A stretch of DNA of 64,000 nucleotides from Acidobacteriota bacterium (GCA_965205505.1 CBDBHB010000009.1:1280001-1344000); one strand, 5' to 3'. Shown: positions 1-10,422, counted from the first letter of the stretch. The notes: a model not told the origin generated them from the sequence alone. Program-made: numbers and translations.

Positions 1-720
1 GCGTATTCGGGTGGCGGCAGCGCGCCGGGCTCGGTAGCGGGCGATCCAGTCATCGGTCGACGCGCCATCGATATCTACGAGGCTTGGCTGCGCTACTCGG
101 GACTGCTGGCTGACTTCGACGGGGTGATCGGCCGTTCGGCGCTCGATCAAATCGCCGAAAAGGTCCGGGCTTTCGAGGATCTCGACGAGGTGGTTGCGGC
201 GGCCAACCTCGCCGACCGACTCTCGGCGCGGCATCGCGCCTACGTGGAGGAGCTCGCTGCCGTCGTTCAGGAGCTCCGCGCCGGCGACCGACAGCTCAGT
301 GCGCCGGAGCTGATCCAATACCTGGATTTGGAGGAGCTCAAGCGCCAGGCTGGTGTGACCGACGATCCCATGAGGGCGCAGGCGATGCAGCGGCGCCTCG
401 AATCCGTCTTCGTGCTGTTCGCTTTCTACCAACCTCGCGACTACCTGGCACAGGGCGACCCGGGGGCGGCGCTCGAGTTGCTGGGGGTGGCCGACTTCAT
501 TCGGCCCGACACCTTCAGCGTGCTGCTGTACCAGGCCCGCGCGCACGCCCAAATCGGGGACGGCGAACAAGCGGTCGAGACGCTACGCCGAGCTCATGCG
601 ATCAGCGGGCTCGATGCGAGCGTGCTCGATGATGATCCCGACTTCGACCCGATCCGGGAAGCTCCCGGATTTCAGGAGCTGATGGCACAGATCCGAGCCT
701 CTGTGCAGTTGCCGCGTTAA
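1..720 (+). CDS. TPR-containing protein, C-terminal part (5' partial)
   Basis: Frame +1 is open from base 1 to TAA at 718-720; TPR-like helices (LLYQARAHAQIGDGEQAVETLRRA) and a C-terminal DPDFDPIR..PGF TPR-end motif. Confidence 0.6.
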   Translation, partial: AYSGGGSAPGSVAGDPVIGRRAIDIYEAWLRYSGLLADFDGVIGRSALDQIAEKVRAFEDLDEVVAAANLADRLSARHRAYVEELAAVVQELRAGDRQLSAPELIQYLDLEELKRQAGVTDDPMRAQAMQRRLESVFVLFAFYQPRDYLAQGDPGAALELLGVADFIRPDTFSVLLYQARAHAQIGDGEQAVETLRRAHAISGLDASVLDDDPDFDPIREAPGFQELMAQIRASVQLPR

Positions 721-728
721 CGTGCGCT

Positions 729-1421
729 TCAGCGACTGTCGGTGACCGGCTCAGCCACCTTGTCGAACACTCGGCGAACCGAAATCGGTTCGTCGAGCCT
801 CGGGCTCTCGATCTCGAGTATCAACACCAGACGATCGGCCTCGGGTAGCACCTCCCAGGTTTCCGTCGACTTGAAGCCGCGGTCGGCGGCGGTGGTGATC
901 TGGAGCTTCCCGTCGGCCCACTCCGACTTGATCTCGGCGCGCGAGCCGTCCGGCAGCTTGCGCTCCACCCAGAGCCCGTCGGCAACGACGTAGCGCAACA
1001 AACCAGTCTCGTTGGCCATCATCAAGCCGGGGTCCTTGCTGGTGATCTCGATCTCGTTGCTGGTTGCCCATCCCAGACCGGGCCCGCCGGCGCCTGGGTC
1101 GGGCCGTCCACCGCCGCCGCCAGGAGCACCGCCGCCGCCGGGTCGTCCGCCGCCACCACTACCGGGTCGCCCGCCGCCGCCACCACCACCGGGTCGCCCG
1201 CCGCCGCCACCCCCGCCGGGTCGTCCGCCGCCGCCCATTCGCATGCCACCGCGGCCGCCGCGCATGGCGTCACGCATGGCCTCGCGGGGGTCCTCGCTCA
1301 GCTGCTCGTCGAGCAGCCAGGTGCCAGCCATCAACGAGACGGTGGTTGAGAATTGCGGCTTGGCCTCTTGCTGCAGCACGCCGCCGATCATCACCGTAGC
1401 GATCAAGATCCAGGTGCTCAT
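729..1421 (-). CDS. Secreted hypothetical protein with Gly-rich (GGGGRP) insert
   Basis: Likely start ATG at 1421 (MSTWILIATVMIGG, signal-like) inside the 729..2156 ORF; GTWLLDEQLSEDP motif followed by a Gly-rich tract. Confidence 0.6.
   Translation of the reverse strand: MSTWILIATVMIGGVLQQEAKPQFSTTVSLMAGTWLLDEQLSEDPREAMRDAMRGGRGGMRMGGGGRPGGGGGGGRPGGGGGGGRPGSGGGGRPGGGGAPGGGGGRPDPGAGGPGLGWATSNEIEITSKDPGLMMANETGLLRYVVADGLWVERKLPDGSRAEIKSEWADGKLQITTAADRGFKSTETWEVLPEADRLVLILEIESPRLDEPISVRRVFDKVAEPVTDSR
1075..1262 (-). repeat. Coding low-complexity repeat (GGGGGRP)n
   Basis: Repeated ccgggtcg-ccgccgccg units on the + strand. Confidence 0.7.
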
Positions 1422-1712
1422 CAGGACTCTTCCTAGGTGCTCTGTGGCAGGGGCCCACTTTCTAGCCAGGGTGCTAAAGGTTAGACGCCTTTGTGGCGCG
1501 CAAAGACGACACGTTGCTTGCAGAGGAGCGTATGGGCCCTGCACTGGTGCTCGGTCTTGACGATGGGTCTCGTCTTTCCCTCGACGACCGCGGCTCATTG
1601 GCGACGCGACCAGGCGGTAGGATGAACAGGCGGGGCACAGGTTCCGCCGGGCGCTCTCCGTTGGAGGCTTGGCCGCCTCCCAGTCCTGCCCCTCTACCGA
1701 TAGCTGCGATCG

Positions 1713-3644
1713 ATGATCTCTGTCTCCGGCCTCTCGAAGTCGTTCGGCGCCCAGACGCTGTTTACCGACGTGACGTTTCGACTCAACCCCGGCGAGCGCT
1801 ATGGGTTGGTCGGCGCTAACGGCTCGGGAAAGACAACGTTGCTGAATCTCCTGATCGGCGTCGAGCAGCCGTCTGAGGGCTCCGTGGCCATCCCGAAGCG
1901 GCTCAAGCTGGGGACGCTGCTGCAGGACCAGTTTCTCTACGAGGATGAGGAAATCCTCGGCGTCACGATGATGGGCAATCGCGAGCTGTGGGAGGCGATC
2001 GTCGAGAAGGACGAGGTGCTGGCGAACGCCGAGGCGCACTTCGACAGCGACCGGTATGCCGAGCTCGAAGACATCATCGTGCGCCACGACGGCTATTCGG
2101 CCGAAGCCCGTGCGGCCGAGGTTCTCGAAGGGCTCGGGCTGCCGACCGCGGGTCATCGCGACGCGCTCTCGACGCTGTCCGGTGGCTTCAAGCTACGGGT
2201 GCTGCTGGCGCAGGTCCTGGCCGGCTCGCCCGACATTCTCCTGCTCGACGAGCCCACCAATCATCTCGACATCGTGTCGATCCGTTGGCTGGAGAAGTTC
2301 CTGCAGAACTTCGCCGGGCCAGTGGTGGTGATCTCGCACGATCACCGCTTCCTCGACAACGTCAGCACCAGCATTCTCGACGTCGACTATCAAACCGTGA
2401 CCCTCTACGCGGGTAATTACACCGCCTTCCTGAGCGGCAAGCAGGCAGAGCGCGACCGCAAAGAGAAACAGATCGGCAAGCGCGAGAAGGAGATCGCGCA
2501 CCACCGAGCTTTCGTCGACCGCTTCCGTGCCAAGGCGAGCAAGGCCCGGCAGGCACAGAGCAGGGTGCGGATGATCGAAAAGAAGGCCGAGAGCCTCGAG
2601 ACCCTGCCGCCGAGCTCGCGGCGCTACCCGACGTTCCGCTTCTCGCAGGTCCGTCCGAGCGGCCGAGAAACGCTCAAGATCAAGGGCATCGCCAAAGCGT
2701 TCGGCGACAACCAGGTCCTGCACGGCGTGGATCTCACCGTTCGACGCGGTGATCGGCTTGCGATCATGGGGCCCAACGGCATCGGCAAGTCGACCCTGCT
2801 GAAGATCATCGTCGGGGAGCTCGCCAGCGACTCCGGCGAGGTCGAATGGGGCTACGAGACCTACCCCGGGTATTTCGCCCAGGATCATCGTGAACAGCTC
2901 AAGCCCGACGGCCAGACCGCCGAGGCCGCCATCCACGATGCGTGGCCGGGCGAGGCTATCGGCTCGGTGCGTGCTCAGCTCGGCCTGGTGCTGTTCTCGG
3001 GCGACGAGGCCAAGAAACGCCTGGGCTCATTGTCGGGTGGGGAAGCGGCGCGACTGGTGTTTTGCCGGCTGGCCGTCCAACAGCCCAACGTGCTCGTCCT
3101 CGACGAACCCACGAACCACCTCGACCTGGAGTCGATCGAAGCGCTCGTTGAGGGGCTGCGGAGCTACGACGGCACGCTGATCTTCGTTTCCCATGATCGT
3201 TGGTTCGTCGCCCAGTTGGCTTCGCGTATCGTCGAGATCAAGTCGGATAAGATCCTCGACTACCAAGGCAGCTACGACGAGTACGTGCACTACTGCGGCG
3301 ACGATCATCTCGACGTCGACACCGTCGTTCTCAAGGCGCGCAAGAAGAAGCGCAAGGCCAAGTCGGCGGCTGGTGGGCGCACCGACGGCGAGCGGCCAAG
3401 CCCCGAGCTGCAGAAGAAACTGCGGCAGTTGAGGTCGCGTCGCGATCAGATCGCCGCCACGATCGATCAAGCCGAGGCGCGCGTGGACGAGATCGACGAG
3501 CTGTTCTGTGATCCCGCCTACTTCGATCGCAGCCGCCCGCTGGTGCGTAAGGTCGAGGCCGAGCAAAAGCAGCTCAGGGCGAAGGTGGAAGAGCTGATGG
3601 CGGAGTGGGAGACCACCGAAGCGGAGCTCGAGAGCCACCGCTAG
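1713..3644 (+). CDS. ABC-F family ATPase (YbiT/YheS-like)
   Basis: Two ABC cassettes (GANGSGKT, LSGG, LLLDEPTNHLD; GPNGIGKST, LSGG, VLDEPTNHLD), no transmembrane segments, C-terminal coiled coil. Confidence 0.93.
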   Translation: MISVSGLSKSFGAQTLFTDVTFRLNPGERYGLVGANGSGKTTLLNLLIGVEQPSEGSVAIPKRLKLGTLLQDQFLYEDEEILGVTMMGNRELWEAIVEKDEVLANAEAHFDSDRYAELEDIIVRHDGYSAEARAAEVLEGLGLPTAGHRDALSTLSGGFKLRVLLAQVLAGSPDILLLDEPTNHLDIVSIRWLEKFLQNFAGPVVVISHDHRFLDNVSTSILDVDYQTVTLYAGNYTAFLSGKQAERDRKEKQIGKREKEIAHHRAFVDRFRAKASKARQAQSRVRMIEKKAESLETLPPSSRRYPTFRFSQVRPSGRETLKIKGIAKAFGDNQVLHGVDLTVRRGDRLAIMGPNGIGKSTLLKIIVGELASDSGEVEWGYETYPGYFAQDHREQLKPDGQTAEAAIHDAWPGEAIGSVRAQLGLVLFSGDEAKKRLGSLSGGEAARLVFCRLAVQQPNVLVLDEPTNHLDLESIEALVEGLRSYDGTLIFVSHDRWFVAQLASRIVEIKSDKILDYQGSYDEYVHYCGDDHLDVDTVVLKARKKKRKAKSAAGGRTDGERPSPELQKKLRQLRSRRDQIAATIDQAEARVDEIDELFCDPAYFDRSRPLVRKVEAEQKQLRAKVEELMAEWETTEAELESHR

Positions 3645-3672
3645 CAGCGTCGCTGCCAAGCCGGTCCGCGAG

Positions 3673-4284
3673 CTACTTGCCCGGTTTCCGCACCGTATGG
3701 AGGTCCATTACGACCTCGCCTTGCGACAGGATGCGCGCCTTCCGATCGATGAAACCGGCGTCGCGCAGGGCCGCCTTCACGTCGTCGGTCCCCACCCCGT
3801 GCATCTCTTGCACGTCGTGGTCCTCGGCCACGTAGAAACGGCCTCCGGGAACCAGCACGCGCAGCACTTCGGCAAGACCGTCCCCGATGTTGTCCCAGTG
3901 ATGCAAGGAGTTGATCGACATGGCGACCGTTGCGGTGCAGTCGTCGAGCTGCAGTGCGGCGGCGCCGCACTCGATGAGCTCGATAAGCTCGCCGTCTGGA
4001 CACTCTGTGACCTGCTGCCTGGCGATACGCATCATGCCGGGAACAGGATCGCAGCCGATCAACCGACCCTCGGTCACGTGCCGGGCGGCGTGACGAAGCG
4101 CACAGGCGGTGCCGCAGCCAATATCCACCACGACATCGTCGGCTCGCCAGTCGATTGCCTCGACGGTCATGCGGTTGCTAGGCCACTCGCCGTATTCTCG
4201 TGCGTACCACTCTGCCGTCTCGTCGGACCAGTCGGAGTGGTGGTCGTGTTCCTGTTGATCCGTTGCGTTCATGGCCGTCTCCAT
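3673..4284 (-). CDS. Class I SAM-dependent methyltransferase
   Basis: VVDIGCGT motif I, SLHHW, RVLVPGG. Confidence 0.85.
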   Translation of the reverse strand: METAMNATDQQEHDHHSDWSDETAEWYAREYGEWPSNRMTVEAIDWRADDVVVDIGCGTACALRHAARHVTEGRLIGCDPVPGMMRIARQQVTECPDGELIELIECGAAALQLDDCTATVAMSINSLHHWDNIGDGLAEVLRVLVPGGRFYVAEDHDVQEMHGVGTDDVKAALRDAGFIDRKARILSQGEVVMDLHTVRKPGK

Positions 4285-4336
4285 TTGAGAAGTTCGACTA
4301 ACTAATTAGTTGCCAAAAACAAAACGATCCGAGAGG

Positions 4337-4786
4337 TCATAGCTTGGCTACCTTGGCGAGGGCACGCTCCAGTTCGCGGTATTGCTCGGGCTCCAGCAGC
4401 TTTTTCATCCTCGCAGCCGTCCGCGTATAGACGGCATGCGCCTTGCCGAGCGACGTGCGCCCTTCGTCGGTCAGCATGATGTGCTGTGCTCGGGCGTCGT
4501 ACCGACAGGGGACTCGGCGGACAAGGCCGCGTCGCTCGAGCTTCTGCACCATGGCGCTGGCCGAGGCCTTGCGCACTCGCATCTCCGAGGCGACCTCCGA
4601 CACGTGGTGACCGTCGGCGAGATCGTCGGGCGAGGCCGAAAGCGGGTTGTCATCGAGCGTATCGACGGCGCGCAGGTACTCGTATTCGTTGTAGGTCAGC
4701 CGGTTCTCACCGCCTGAGTGTTCTGTGTTCTGCCAGCTGCGTGCGAGGTGGCGCTGCAGATGCTCCAGAGACTCGCTCAGTTTCAT
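4337..4786 (-). CDS. MarR-family winged-helix regulator
   Basis: VSEVASEMRVRKASASAMVQKLERRGLVRR..DAR..LTDEG. Confidence 0.85.
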   Translation of the reverse strand: MKLSESLEHLQRHLARSWQNTEHSGGENRLTYNEYEYLRAVDTLDDNPLSASPDDLADGHHVSEVASEMRVRKASASAMVQKLERRGLVRRVPCRYDARAQHIMLTDEGRTSLGKAHAVYTRTAARMKKLLEPEQYRELERALAKVAKL

Positions 4787-4807
4787 GGGACCGTGTTGTC
4801 GGTTAGA

Positions 4808-4852
4808 TAGTTAGGAAGACTAAATAATAATTTAACGCCATCGGAGCGTCAA
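4808..4852 (-). promoter_or_regulatory. Sigma70-type promoter with putative operator for the MarR-methyltransferase pair
   Basis: Minus strand TTGACG (4852-4847), 17 nt spacer, TATTAT (4829-4824); dyad TTAG-N5-CTAA at 4811-4823 next to the -10 box. Confidence 0.65.
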
Positions 4853-4888
4853 GAATCTCCAGAAGGGTGCGTCGAGTTGGTCCAACAG

Positions 4889-5292
4889 TCAGCGCGGCGG
4901 CCACCACGTCCAGGCCCGTGGATTGTGCTCGAAACCGACGCGCGGGTAGTAGTCGTTGGCGGCCGGCGCCGAGAGCAGGGTCACGAAGCAGGTGGGCTCG
5001 AGGCATCGCTTGGTGATTTCGATCAGCTCGACACCGATGCCACGACGTTGCCATTCGATGTGCACGGCCAAGTCGGCGAGGTAGGCGCAGTAGGTGTAGT
5101 CGGTGAGCGTGCGAGCGATCCCGACGAGCTCGCCCTCGTCCCAGGCGGTCACGATGAGGTCGGAGTTGTCGATCATCCCTGCATCACGTGCCGGTCTTCG
5201 ATCGGCCGCCGCTCGCCCAGCGTCGAGATGCGATAGAGCTCGATCACCTGATCCAATGTAGGTCGCCGTGAGCTCGAGTAGATAATCGGCAT
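4889..5292 (-). pseudogene. GNAT acetyltransferase, frameshifted near 5177 (or sequencing error)
   Basis: MPIIYSSSRRPTLDQVIELYRISTLGERRP..MQG* continues in another frame as MIDNSDLIVTAWDEGELVGIAR..QRRGIG; one extra G in a GGG run restores the frame. Confidence 0.75.
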
Positions 5293-5866
5293 ATTGGCTG
5301 CTAGCGCCCCTTGATTTCCTTGGCGGCCCGCAGGCCTGAGAGATAGACGCCGTGGACGGTGGCGGGGTGTTCGCGACTGGTTGCCTCGCCGGCGAAGAAC
5401 AGGCGACCCTTGACGGCGCGTCCCAAGCGCCGCCGGTGCACCGATTTGGCGCCGGGCGGCAGGTAAGAGTATGACCCGTAGGCATACGGATCGGTGTTCC
5501 AACACGTGATTCAGTACCCCCATCGCGAGCGCCTCAATAGCTTTGCGCTTCTGCCTGGGCAGCGCCGGAGTGAAGGACACGTCGCCGCCGCGGAACTCCT
5601 TGCCCTCATCGAGCGTGCGGACGGACATCAGCGCGGCGTCGGCGGCGAACTCGTGCTCCAGCTCCGTGTTGACCAGGAAGGCGAGCTGTCGGTCGTTGAG
5701 GAAGTCGAGATCCCCCTGAGCGCCAGCATGGCCTTGCGGAGTGTCAATCGATATCTCCCGATCTGCCGTTTCCAAACGGACGATGCCCGTTGACGGTATC
5801 GTACTAGCGTCTGCGGCCGGCCTGCCTGCTAGAACCCTGCCCTGACTCCACCAGAGGAAACCCGCC

Positions 5867-7324
5867 GTGAGCCTCCGCCGCACCACGACCCGCGTCGCCG
5901 CCATGCCGGCGTTGAGCTTTCTGATCATCACCAGTCTGGCGCCCGCCGCGCCGCAGGAGGCCAACTGGCCTCGTTTCCTCGGACCCGCCGGGATTCCGGT
6001 CGGCGATCACCCTGACCTGCCGGACACCTGGTCGCGGACCGAGAATGTCGAATGGTCGGCAGAGATACCGGGCATGGGCTGGTCCTCGCCGATCGTCTGG
6101 GGCAACAAGGTGTTCCTTACGGCCGCCACCAGCGATCAACCAATGAAGCAGCCGAGCTTCGGCGTCGACTTCTCCAACGACTACATCGCCGAGCTCCTGG
6201 ATCAGGGCCTGGAGATGGACGAGGTCATGCGCCTTTCCGAGGAACGCGACACGGAGCTCGCCGATGCGATCGTCATCCGCCTGATGCTCTACTGCCTCGA
6301 CCTCGAGAGCGGCGAGATTCTCTGGGAGCGGGAGGTACACCAGGGCAACCCGCCGGTGGGGCGTCACCGCAAGAACAGCTTCGCCTCGGAGACACCGGTG
6401 ACCGACGGGGAGGTCGTATACGTCTACTTCGCTCATCGGGGGCTGTACGCGTACGACTTCGACGGCAACCAGCTATGGACGACCCCCCTGAATCCCTATC
6501 AGGTCTATTTTGATTTCGGCGGCGGTACCTCGCCAGCGCTGCACGAGGATCGCATCTACATCCTCAACGACAACGAGGAGGCCGGGTTCGTCGCGGCTTT
6601 CGACAAGCACACCGGAGAGGAGATCTGGCGCCGCGCGCGCCTCGGGCTCGGGGAGCACCGCAACTCCGGCTGGTCGTCACCGTTCGTGTGGAGCAACTCG
6701 TTGCGTACCGAGCTCGTCACTATGGGGCCGGAGACAGCGATTAGCTATGACCTCGAGGGCAACGAGCTCTGGCGCATGAAGAAGATGTCGTTCATGCCGA
6801 TTCCGACGCCGTTTGCCGCCGGCGATGTTCTGTACCTGACGGCCGGCCCCCCGGGGGCCGGCTCGTGGCCGATCGCGGCGATCACGCCGGGTGCCGCTGG
6901 AGACATCACGCTGGACGACGGCGCGACCAGCAGCGAGCACGTGGTCTGGTACGACTGGCGCGCCGGTACCTACCTGAGCACGCCGGTGCTCTACGAGGGA
7001 CACCTGTATGTGCTGCAGGACAAGGGCATCATTGCCAAGTACGATGCCGATACGGGTGAGCGCATCTACCGGTCGCGCATCGGCCCTGGCGCTAGCGCCT
7101 TCACCGCGTCGCCCTGGGCCTACAAAGGCAAGATCTTTTGCCTGAGCGAAGACGGCAACACGTACGTTCTCGGCACCGGCGACGAGTTCGAGTTGATCAG
7201 CGTCAACGAGCTCGGTGAGTTTGCCCAGGCCACGCCGGCGTTGGTCGGCGATCGCTTGCTGCTGCGCACCCAGCAACATCTATGGTCGATTCGCGCCTCG
7301 ACAGGAACGGGCGCGCGCGACTAG
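5867..7324 (+). CDS. PQQ-binding-like beta-propeller repeat protein (secreted)
   Basis: NWPRFLGP, WSSPIVW, TPVTDG and repeated GxxxW blade motifs. Confidence 0.85.
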   Translation: MSLRRTTTRVAAMPALSFLIITSLAPAAPQEANWPRFLGPAGIPVGDHPDLPDTWSRTENVEWSAEIPGMGWSSPIVWGNKVFLTAATSDQPMKQPSFGVDFSNDYIAELLDQGLEMDEVMRLSEERDTELADAIVIRLMLYCLDLESGEILWEREVHQGNPPVGRHRKNSFASETPVTDGEVVYVYFAHRGLYAYDFDGNQLWTTPLNPYQVYFDFGGGTSPALHEDRIYILNDNEEAGFVAAFDKHTGEEIWRRARLGLGEHRNSGWSSPFVWSNSLRTELVTMGPETAISYDLEGNELWRMKKMSFMPIPTPFAAGDVLYLTAGPPGAGSWPIAAITPGAAGDITLDDGATSSEHVVWYDWRAGTYLSTPVLYEGHLYVLQDKGIIAKYDADTGERIYRSRIGPGASAFTASPWAYKGKIFCLSEDGNTYVLGTGDEFELISVNELGEFAQATPALVGDRLLLRTQQHLWSIRASTGTGARD

Positions 7325-7382
7325 CGCTCCTGAGGAGCGCGAGTCATTGCCCATCATAGCGATCTCGTGTGACGATACTCAC

Positions 7383-7922
7383 ATGTCCGATTCGTTGACC
7401 AAACTGTCGAGCTCTCGCTGGCTCGGTCCCGCCGTGGCGCTGGGCGCCGCCGGGGTGCTGGTGTCGATAGAGGTTCTAGACGAGCCCGGTATGACCGTCG
7501 GCGAGGCGATGGTCGAGTCGATCGAGTCGATCCTGCTCGTTTCGATCGCGGCGATGGTTGCCTACCTGTTCGGCCGCGTGAGCCGCCAGGAAGCCGACCG
7601 GCAGGCGCTGTTGGCCGATCTGCGGGTGGCTCGTGTCGAGGGGGCTCAATGGCGATCGGAGATGACCGAGCTGCTGCGCGGGCTCGGAGCGGCGATCGAC
7701 GCGCAATTCGATCGCTGGGACCTCACCGACGCCGAGCGCGAAGTGGCGATGCTCATGCTCAAGGAATTGAGCCATCGGGAAATCGGAGCCGTGCGCGACA
7801 CGAGCGAGCGCACGGTGCGGCAGCAAGCGCAGGCGATCTATCGAAAGGCGAACCTCAGCGGCCGCACGGCTTTGTCGGCCTTCTTCTTGGAAGACCTGCT
7901 GCTGCCAGCGAACGAGCGCTAG
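7383..7922 (+). CDS. Membrane-anchored LuxR-type HTH regulator
   Basis: Two N-terminal hydrophobic helices, then LTDAEREVA..LSHREIG..SERTVRQQA..IYRK. Confidence 0.8.
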   Translation: MSDSLTKLSSSRWLGPAVALGAAGVLVSIEVLDEPGMTVGEAMVESIESILLVSIAAMVAYLFGRVSRQEADRQALLADLRVARVEGAQWRSEMTELLRGLGAAIDAQFDRWDLTDAEREVAMLMLKELSHREIGAVRDTSERTVRQQAQAIYRKANLSGRTALSAFFLEDLLLPANER

Positions 7923-7949
7923 CGCGCCGGCGCTCAGTCGGCGCGCCGC

Positions 7950-8600
7950 CTAGCAGCGGCCGCGGTGGCGATGATCATCATCGTCATCATCGTTCGCCTC
8001 GAGCCCCTCGAGCTTGATCTCGGTGATATGGCCAGCTCGTCCTTCGACCTCGACCTCTATCAGCGAGCGGCCGTTGGCGAAGACCAGCTCTGCGACAGGT
8101 TGGCCGTCATCGAACTCAAGCTCAGCCTCGACGAGGGTGCCGTTGACGACGGCTTGCCCGCTGGCGATCAGCTGCTCGAGGCTCAGCTCCGCGTGACGTA
8201 GCACCCGCATGTACCGGGCAAGCTCGCCGTGATCTTCGTCTTCGGCCTCGTCGGTCGCTCCGACGACTTCACCGCTCGAGGCATCTACCCGCAACTCGCG
8301 GAGGGCTCCGTCCCCGACGATTGCGATCTCGAACCAGACGTTGCTGCCGGCCGCACCATGGCAGCCCTCGAGCTCGGCTTCGACCACCTCGCCATCCGCC
8401 TGCTGCCGCACTGCCGCGATGGCATCGAGCAAGCTGACCTGCGTCAGCGTCGCGAGGTCCCTACCGTCCGTTTCGACTGCACCGTCGCTGCAGTCGTCTT
8501 GCGGCGCGGGGGTGCTAGGCTCGGCAAACGTGCTGGATGCCGGTGAGAAAACCAGGCCGATTGCGGCGGTCAAGGTCGCCGAGGCGGCCGACAGCTTCAT
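7950..8600 (-). CDS. PepSY-domain secreted protein (two repeats)
   Basis: Signal peptide; SLLDAIAAV..GEVVEAELE..VDASSGEV and a second similar repeat. Confidence 0.75.
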   Translation of the reverse strand: MKLSAASATLTAAIGLVFSPASSTFAEPSTPAPQDDCSDGAVETDGRDLATLTQVSLLDAIAAVRQQADGEVVEAELEGCHGAAGSNVWFEIAIVGDGALRELRVDASSGEVVGATDEAEDEDHGELARYMRVLRHAELSLEQLIASGQAVVNGTLVEAELEFDDGQPVAELVFANGRSLIEVEVEGRAGHITEIKLEGLEANDDDDDDHRHRGRC

Positions 8601-8610
8601 ATGGCGTTCT

Positions 8611-9375
8611 CTAGCTGGCATCTCCAACCTCCTGCAGCTCCTGGTCTTTCGGTTTGCTTTCTAGGAGAGACGTGCGTTTCTTGATTACAACGCAGAGCAG
8701 GAATAGAGGCGACGCACCGGTGAGCAGGACCGCCCAGCTCAACGGCAGCGCCAGCCCCGGGCCGTGTAGCCACGATCGCCAGAGAACGAGCGAACAGAAC
8801 AGAGCACCGGTGGCGAGCAGCGCGTTGTACTCACGCCGTAGCACGCGGCGCATCGAAAACGGCGCGCGCGGCGATCGCCATACCGTGGCTGAGGGCAGAA
8901 ACGCGGGTGTCAGCTTGGCCCAGGCTCGGAAGTTGTCGCCGAAGCGCGCCTCGAGGAAGTCCTCCTCAGCGCACATGATGCGCTCGTGGCAGATCCAGAA
9001 CCCCAGCACGCAGATGAGCGCGACCCAGACTGAGCGCACGAAGAGCGTCGGTCCGAGCCACATCAGAAGGTTCCCGAGATACAACGGATGCCGCACGAGC
9101 GAGTAGGCGCCGGTCGTATTCAGCTCGCCGGCCGCTTGTTTGTGCACGTTCCCGCCCGAGGTGAACGGCGGGGCGTGACCGATCGTATAGATCCGGAGCA
9201 TCAGGCCCAGCAGGCTTACGGCCAGCGCCAGCCAGTCCCACCAGGCGGCCAACGGCCATATCGGGGCGGGTGGCAACGCGATGGCGGCGAACAGCAGTAG
9301 GGCCAGCGGTACGGGCACGTAGCTCCTCCACCGGTAGAGCGTGTCGCCCTGTTGCCGCAGCTCGTCTAGGAGCAT
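8611..9375 (-). CDS. ICMT/PEMT-family membrane methyltransferase, lipid A phosphate methyltransferase (LmtA)-like
   Basis: LNTTGAYSLVRHPLYLG, EEDFL..FG motifs; N-terminal QG..LYRWRSY resembles Leptospira LmtA from memory. Confidence 0.75.
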   Translation of the reverse strand: MLLDELRQQGDTLYRWRSYVPVPLALLLFAAIALPPAPIWPLAAWWDWLALAVSLLGLMLRIYTIGHAPPFTSGGNVHKQAAGELNTTGAYSLVRHPLYLGNLLMWLGPTLFVRSVWVALICVLGFWICHERIMCAEEDFLEARFGDNFRAWAKLTPAFLPSATVWRSPRAPFSMRRVLRREYNALLATGALFCSLVLWRSWLHGPGLALPLSWAVLLTGASPLFLLCVVIKKRTSLLESKPKDQELQEVGDAS

Positions 9376-9595
9376 TGCCGCCGCCGGGAGCCGGGCGTGC
9401 CGACATGCGGCGCCGTTAAGCAGCGTGAGCCGACTGTCGCCGCCACGATTGCCGAGAGCATATTCGAACGCTATGAGCAACGTTGGTCGTGCGCCATCCG
9501 ACGGACGGCGTACGTCACGATTGTAGGATGGGTAATGTCGCACTAGGCGGTTCGACCGATGATCGGGCAGTCGGTCGGTGCGAGCTTTCCTCTCC

Positions 9596-10360
9596 ATGAG
9601 ACTCGTCGCGCGCCCATTGGTGGCTGGGACCCTGGCGCTGTGCTCGGTGCTCTGGGCTGCGGGCCCTGCGAGGGCGCAGCAGCAACCAAGCGCCCTGGAG
9701 GAGCTGTTTGCTCCGGCAGACCTCATCCGAAGTCTGGGCGAGATAGCTACGGGCAAGGACACCACTGGCCTGGCCATCCTCGCAACTGGTCTGGGGCTGT
9801 CGATGGCCAGCCTGGACGAGGCCGACGAGTGGGCATTTCGCGCCATCGGTCCCAGGTCGTTGGGAACCGGTAGTGATGTGCTCTCGGTCGCCGGGTCGAG
9901 GTTGGTGCTCTATCCGGCGTTGATCGGGGGGTTCTTCGTGAGCCAAGCTCTCGAGAAGCCCGGCATTGCGGCGACCTCGGCCCGCGCCGTCCGCGCTCTG
10001 CTGATCACCGATCTCATCGTCGCACCGACGAAGCTCGTCGTGGCGCGCCAACGACCCGATGGCTCCAACCGCCGGTCCTTTCCTTCAGGCCACGCCGCCG
10101 GCTCGTTCGCGGTTGCCGTGGCGATGAGTCACCGGACGGGTGCGGCTGTGAAGATCCCAGTGTTTGCGCTGGCCGCTGCCATCTCGGTGTCACGAATCGA
10201 CAAGCGACGCCATTTCCTCTCAGACGTGCTGGCCGGGGCGGCGATCGGTTTGGTCGCTGGTCGGGCCGTGAACCGGCGGGCTGGCGTCACCCGAGTGCAG
10301 GTCCACCCGGTGATTGGCTCCCACGGAGGCAGCGGTGTTGGGTTCACGCTCCTTTACTGA
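9596..10360 (+). CDS. PAP2-family phosphatase
   Basis: KLVVARQRP, SFPSGH, SRIDKRRHFLSD catalytic motifs. Confidence 0.88.
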   Translation: MRLVARPLVAGTLALCSVLWAAGPARAQQQPSALEELFAPADLIRSLGEIATGKDTTGLAILATGLGLSMASLDEADEWAFRAIGPRSLGTGSDVLSVAGSRLVLYPALIGGFFVSQALEKPGIAATSARAVRALLITDLIVAPTKLVVARQRPDGSNRRSFPSGHAAGSFAVAVAMSHRTGAAVKIPVFALAAAISVSRIDKRRHFLSDVLAGAAIGLVAGRAVNRRAGVTRVQVHPVIGSHGGSGVGFTLLY

Positions 10361-10422
10361 GACCGTAGGTTGGCGTGATGGCAATGTTGGGGCTGCGGCG
10401 ACATCGTAGCGACTTGGTCACG

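Noticed and set aside
1012-1560. Proline-rich protein on the plus strand
   Set aside because: It is the antisense shadow of the Gly-rich gene.
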